A stretch of 39,587 bases of DNA from an uncultured Amylibacter sp. (GTDB lineage: Bacteria > Pseudomonadota > Alphaproteobacteria > Rhodobacterales > Rhodobacteraceae), in the NCBI GenBank assembly GCA_937944065.1, contig CALDZS010000102.1:1-39587 (forward strand). Reading direction: 5' to 3'. Shown piece after piece: positions 37,904-39,587 of the stretch. The position numbers were made by a program, and so were the translations under genes. The notes below the pieces were generated by a model that worked only from the letters and a program-made list of their open reading frames with translations, searched no databases and was not told the origin of the DNA. Position 1 is the stretch's first letter. Each line of letters opens with the position of its first letter.

Positions 37904-38698
37904 TATTGGGTCGATCAGTGTGCGTCCACCGTCGACGGTGATGATTTGCCCGGTCATAAAGCTGGCGCTGTCAGATGCTAAAAACTCTATCACATCTGCT
38001 GCTTCTTCGGCTTCGCCTATGCGCCCCATTGGGGTGATGTCGGTCATAAGCTCGCGTAGATTTTCATCTTCTCCCAATGCTGTTTCTAGGCTGGCGCTAA
38101 GCACCGAACCAATAGCGACTGCATTAACCCGTATGCGTTGCTTTGCGAAACTAATGGCCAAGGAACGGGTCAATTGGTTCAGCGCCGCACATGACACTGA
38201 ATAAGCCAGCAGCGAAGGGTGTGTGCGATCGGCCGCGATAGAACTGAGGTTCACGATTGAACCGATGCTGCCTTCGCTGATGCCTTCTGCGTCTTCTTCT
38301 TGCTGAATGAACCGTTTTGCGATCAGTTGCGACAGACGAAGATTTGCCAGAACGTTTTGTTTGAACATCGCTTCAAAATTGTCGTAGCGCGGTTCCAACG
38401 CTTTGGATGCAAGAACCTGACGCGATGCGTTGATCAAGATATCCACGCGGTCAAACTCGTCCACAGTTGCAGATAGAAGATTTGCCAACGTTAGCTTTTC
38501 ACGCAAATCCCCTGCGAAATAAGACACGCGAAGATCCGTAGCGGTCAGCCGCTCACATTCTTCAACCAGCTTATCTTCATCCATGTCAGCCAGCATAACC
38601 TTGGCGCCGGCGGCCGCGAATTTTTGCGCAACAGCCAAGCCAATTCCGTTGGCAGCACCGGTCACGATGGCGGTCTTTCCTGCGATATTTGTAGACAT
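37886..38698 (-). CDS. SDR family oxidoreductase
   Basis: TGAANGIG, DILINAS, IVNLSS, RVNAVAIG, MTGQIITVDGG. Catalytic YxxxK reads YSVSC. Confidence 0.9.
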   Translation of the reverse strand: MSTNIAGKTAIVTGAANGIGLAVAQKFAAAGAKVMLADMDEDKLVEECERLTATDLRVSYFAGDLREKLTLANLLSATVDEFDRVDILINASRQVLASKALEPRYDNFEAMFKQNVLANLRLSQLIAKRFIQQEEDAEGISEGSIGSIVNLSSIAADRTHPSLLAYSVSCAALNQLTRSLAISFAKQRIRVNAVAIGSVLSASLETALGEDENLRELMTDITPMGRIGEAEEAADVIEFLASDSASFMTGQIITVDGGRTLIDPIETAAH

Positions 38699-38706
38699 AC
38701 TCTTTC

Positions 38707-39585
38707 CTATCTTTCAGACCGAAGCGCGCGTGAAACACTACGCGATTTTGCCCCTGCTTTGGGACGCTTTGCGCTCATTACTTTGTAAGTTGGAGTCTCT
38801 TCCAGAACGTCCCATGTGCCGAATATTTCCGCTAGGGTCGATTCGTACGCCAACTGCCTGTTTGCCACCATAAACAACTGACCGTTAGGGTGTAGCATAT
38901 CAAACGCAGCACGGATGAACCGACGGCCCAAATCTGGCTCTGCCTGACGTGCTACGTGAAACGGCGGGTTCATGATGATGCATTTATAGCTGCCATCGTG
39001 TGGCATTGCGGTGACATCTTCCCAGTGGAAATCCGCGCGTGCATCGCTTACATTAGTTCGTGCGCAGGCAAGCGCTGATGCTTCTGCCTCGTACAAATCT
39101 AATGTGGTTATGTCGGGATTCGCGTCCAGCGCCGTTTTCGCCAGATATCCCCAGCCCGCGCCCAAATCAGCAACCTTACCAGACAAATTACCTTGAATAT
39201 GTGCTACCAACAGTTCCGACCCTTTGTCGATCGTTTCATGACTGAACATTCCGGCATGGGTGATCCAACTTTGGGAATTTTGTTTTGGCACTAGGGCGTT
39301 AATCCAACCGGCCATCTCTGCAGGCAGTTCGCCTTGATGATCGATTTGAATCACCTTTCCATGTGATTTTGAAAAGACGCTTGTGATATTCAGATGCTTG
39401 CGCACAGACTTAAGAATGCTTTCGATACCATCCGTTTTAGATCCATCGATGATCAGAACACCGCCTTTGGACAACAATCTGTATGCACTCGCTACGATTG
39501 CAAGGCTTTCTGCCTTTGATCGGATAAGTTCAACGATCGCTGTATCAGCAGTGGTTGGGAGTTTGGCAACAACATTCAAACCCTG
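38707..39585 (-). CDS. Class I SAM-dependent methyltransferase, RsmC/MTS-like (5' partial)
   Basis: GMFSHETIDKGSELL, VADLGAGWG, IIMNPPFH, MVANRQL.YE. Frame is open to the window edge. Confidence 0.88.
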   Translation of the reverse strand, partial: QGLNVVAKLPTTADTAIVELIRSKAESLAIVASAYRLLSKGGVLIIDGSKTDGIESILKSVRKHLNITSVFSKSHGKVIQIDHQGELPAEMAGWINALVPKQNSQSWITHAGMFSHETIDKGSELLVAHIQGNLSGKVADLGAGWGYLAKTALDANPDITTLDLYEAEASALACARTNVSDARADFHWEDVTAMPHDGSYKCIIMNPPFHVARQAEPDLGRRFIRAAFDMLHPNGQLFMVANRQLAYESTLAEIFGTWDVLEETPTYKVMSAKRPKAGAKSRSVSRALRSER

Positions 39586-39587
39586 AG

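Overview
A ~50% GC, gene-dense stretch of core chromosome from an alphaproteobacterium. The gene set and order (uvrC-pgsA-moaD-moaE, ubiA/rsmE/gshA, pyrB-pyrC-plsY, COQ9-rpsU, RNase T2/DUF1013) point to Rhodobacterales, probably a marine roseobacter-type lineage (inference). It holds about 45 CDS, one initiator tRNA-Met and several intrinsic terminators. I see no transposase, integrase, phage gene or CRISPR array. Highlights: (1) an AT-rich 318-bp spacer upstream of uvrC with DnaA boxes, an IHF-like site and GANTC sites, a candidate chromosomal replication origin; (2) a head-to-head junction at 191-212 that truncates the glycine-betaine binding-protein gene and fuses it to an unrelated signal-peptide gene (rearrangement or assembly/MDA chimera); (3) an uncharacterised, translationally coupled pair encoding a 2-TM membrane protein and a secreted TPR + SPOR-like protein; (4) several unusual architectures: a ProW permease with a DUF2628-like N-terminal extension, an RND adaptor with a duplicated C-terminal module, a catalytically dead PyrC', and a lipoprotein resembling permuted papain-like enzymes; (5) a 46-aa cytochrome c oxidase subunit IV gene missed by the ORF track. 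All calls come from reading motifs by eye; no searches were run.
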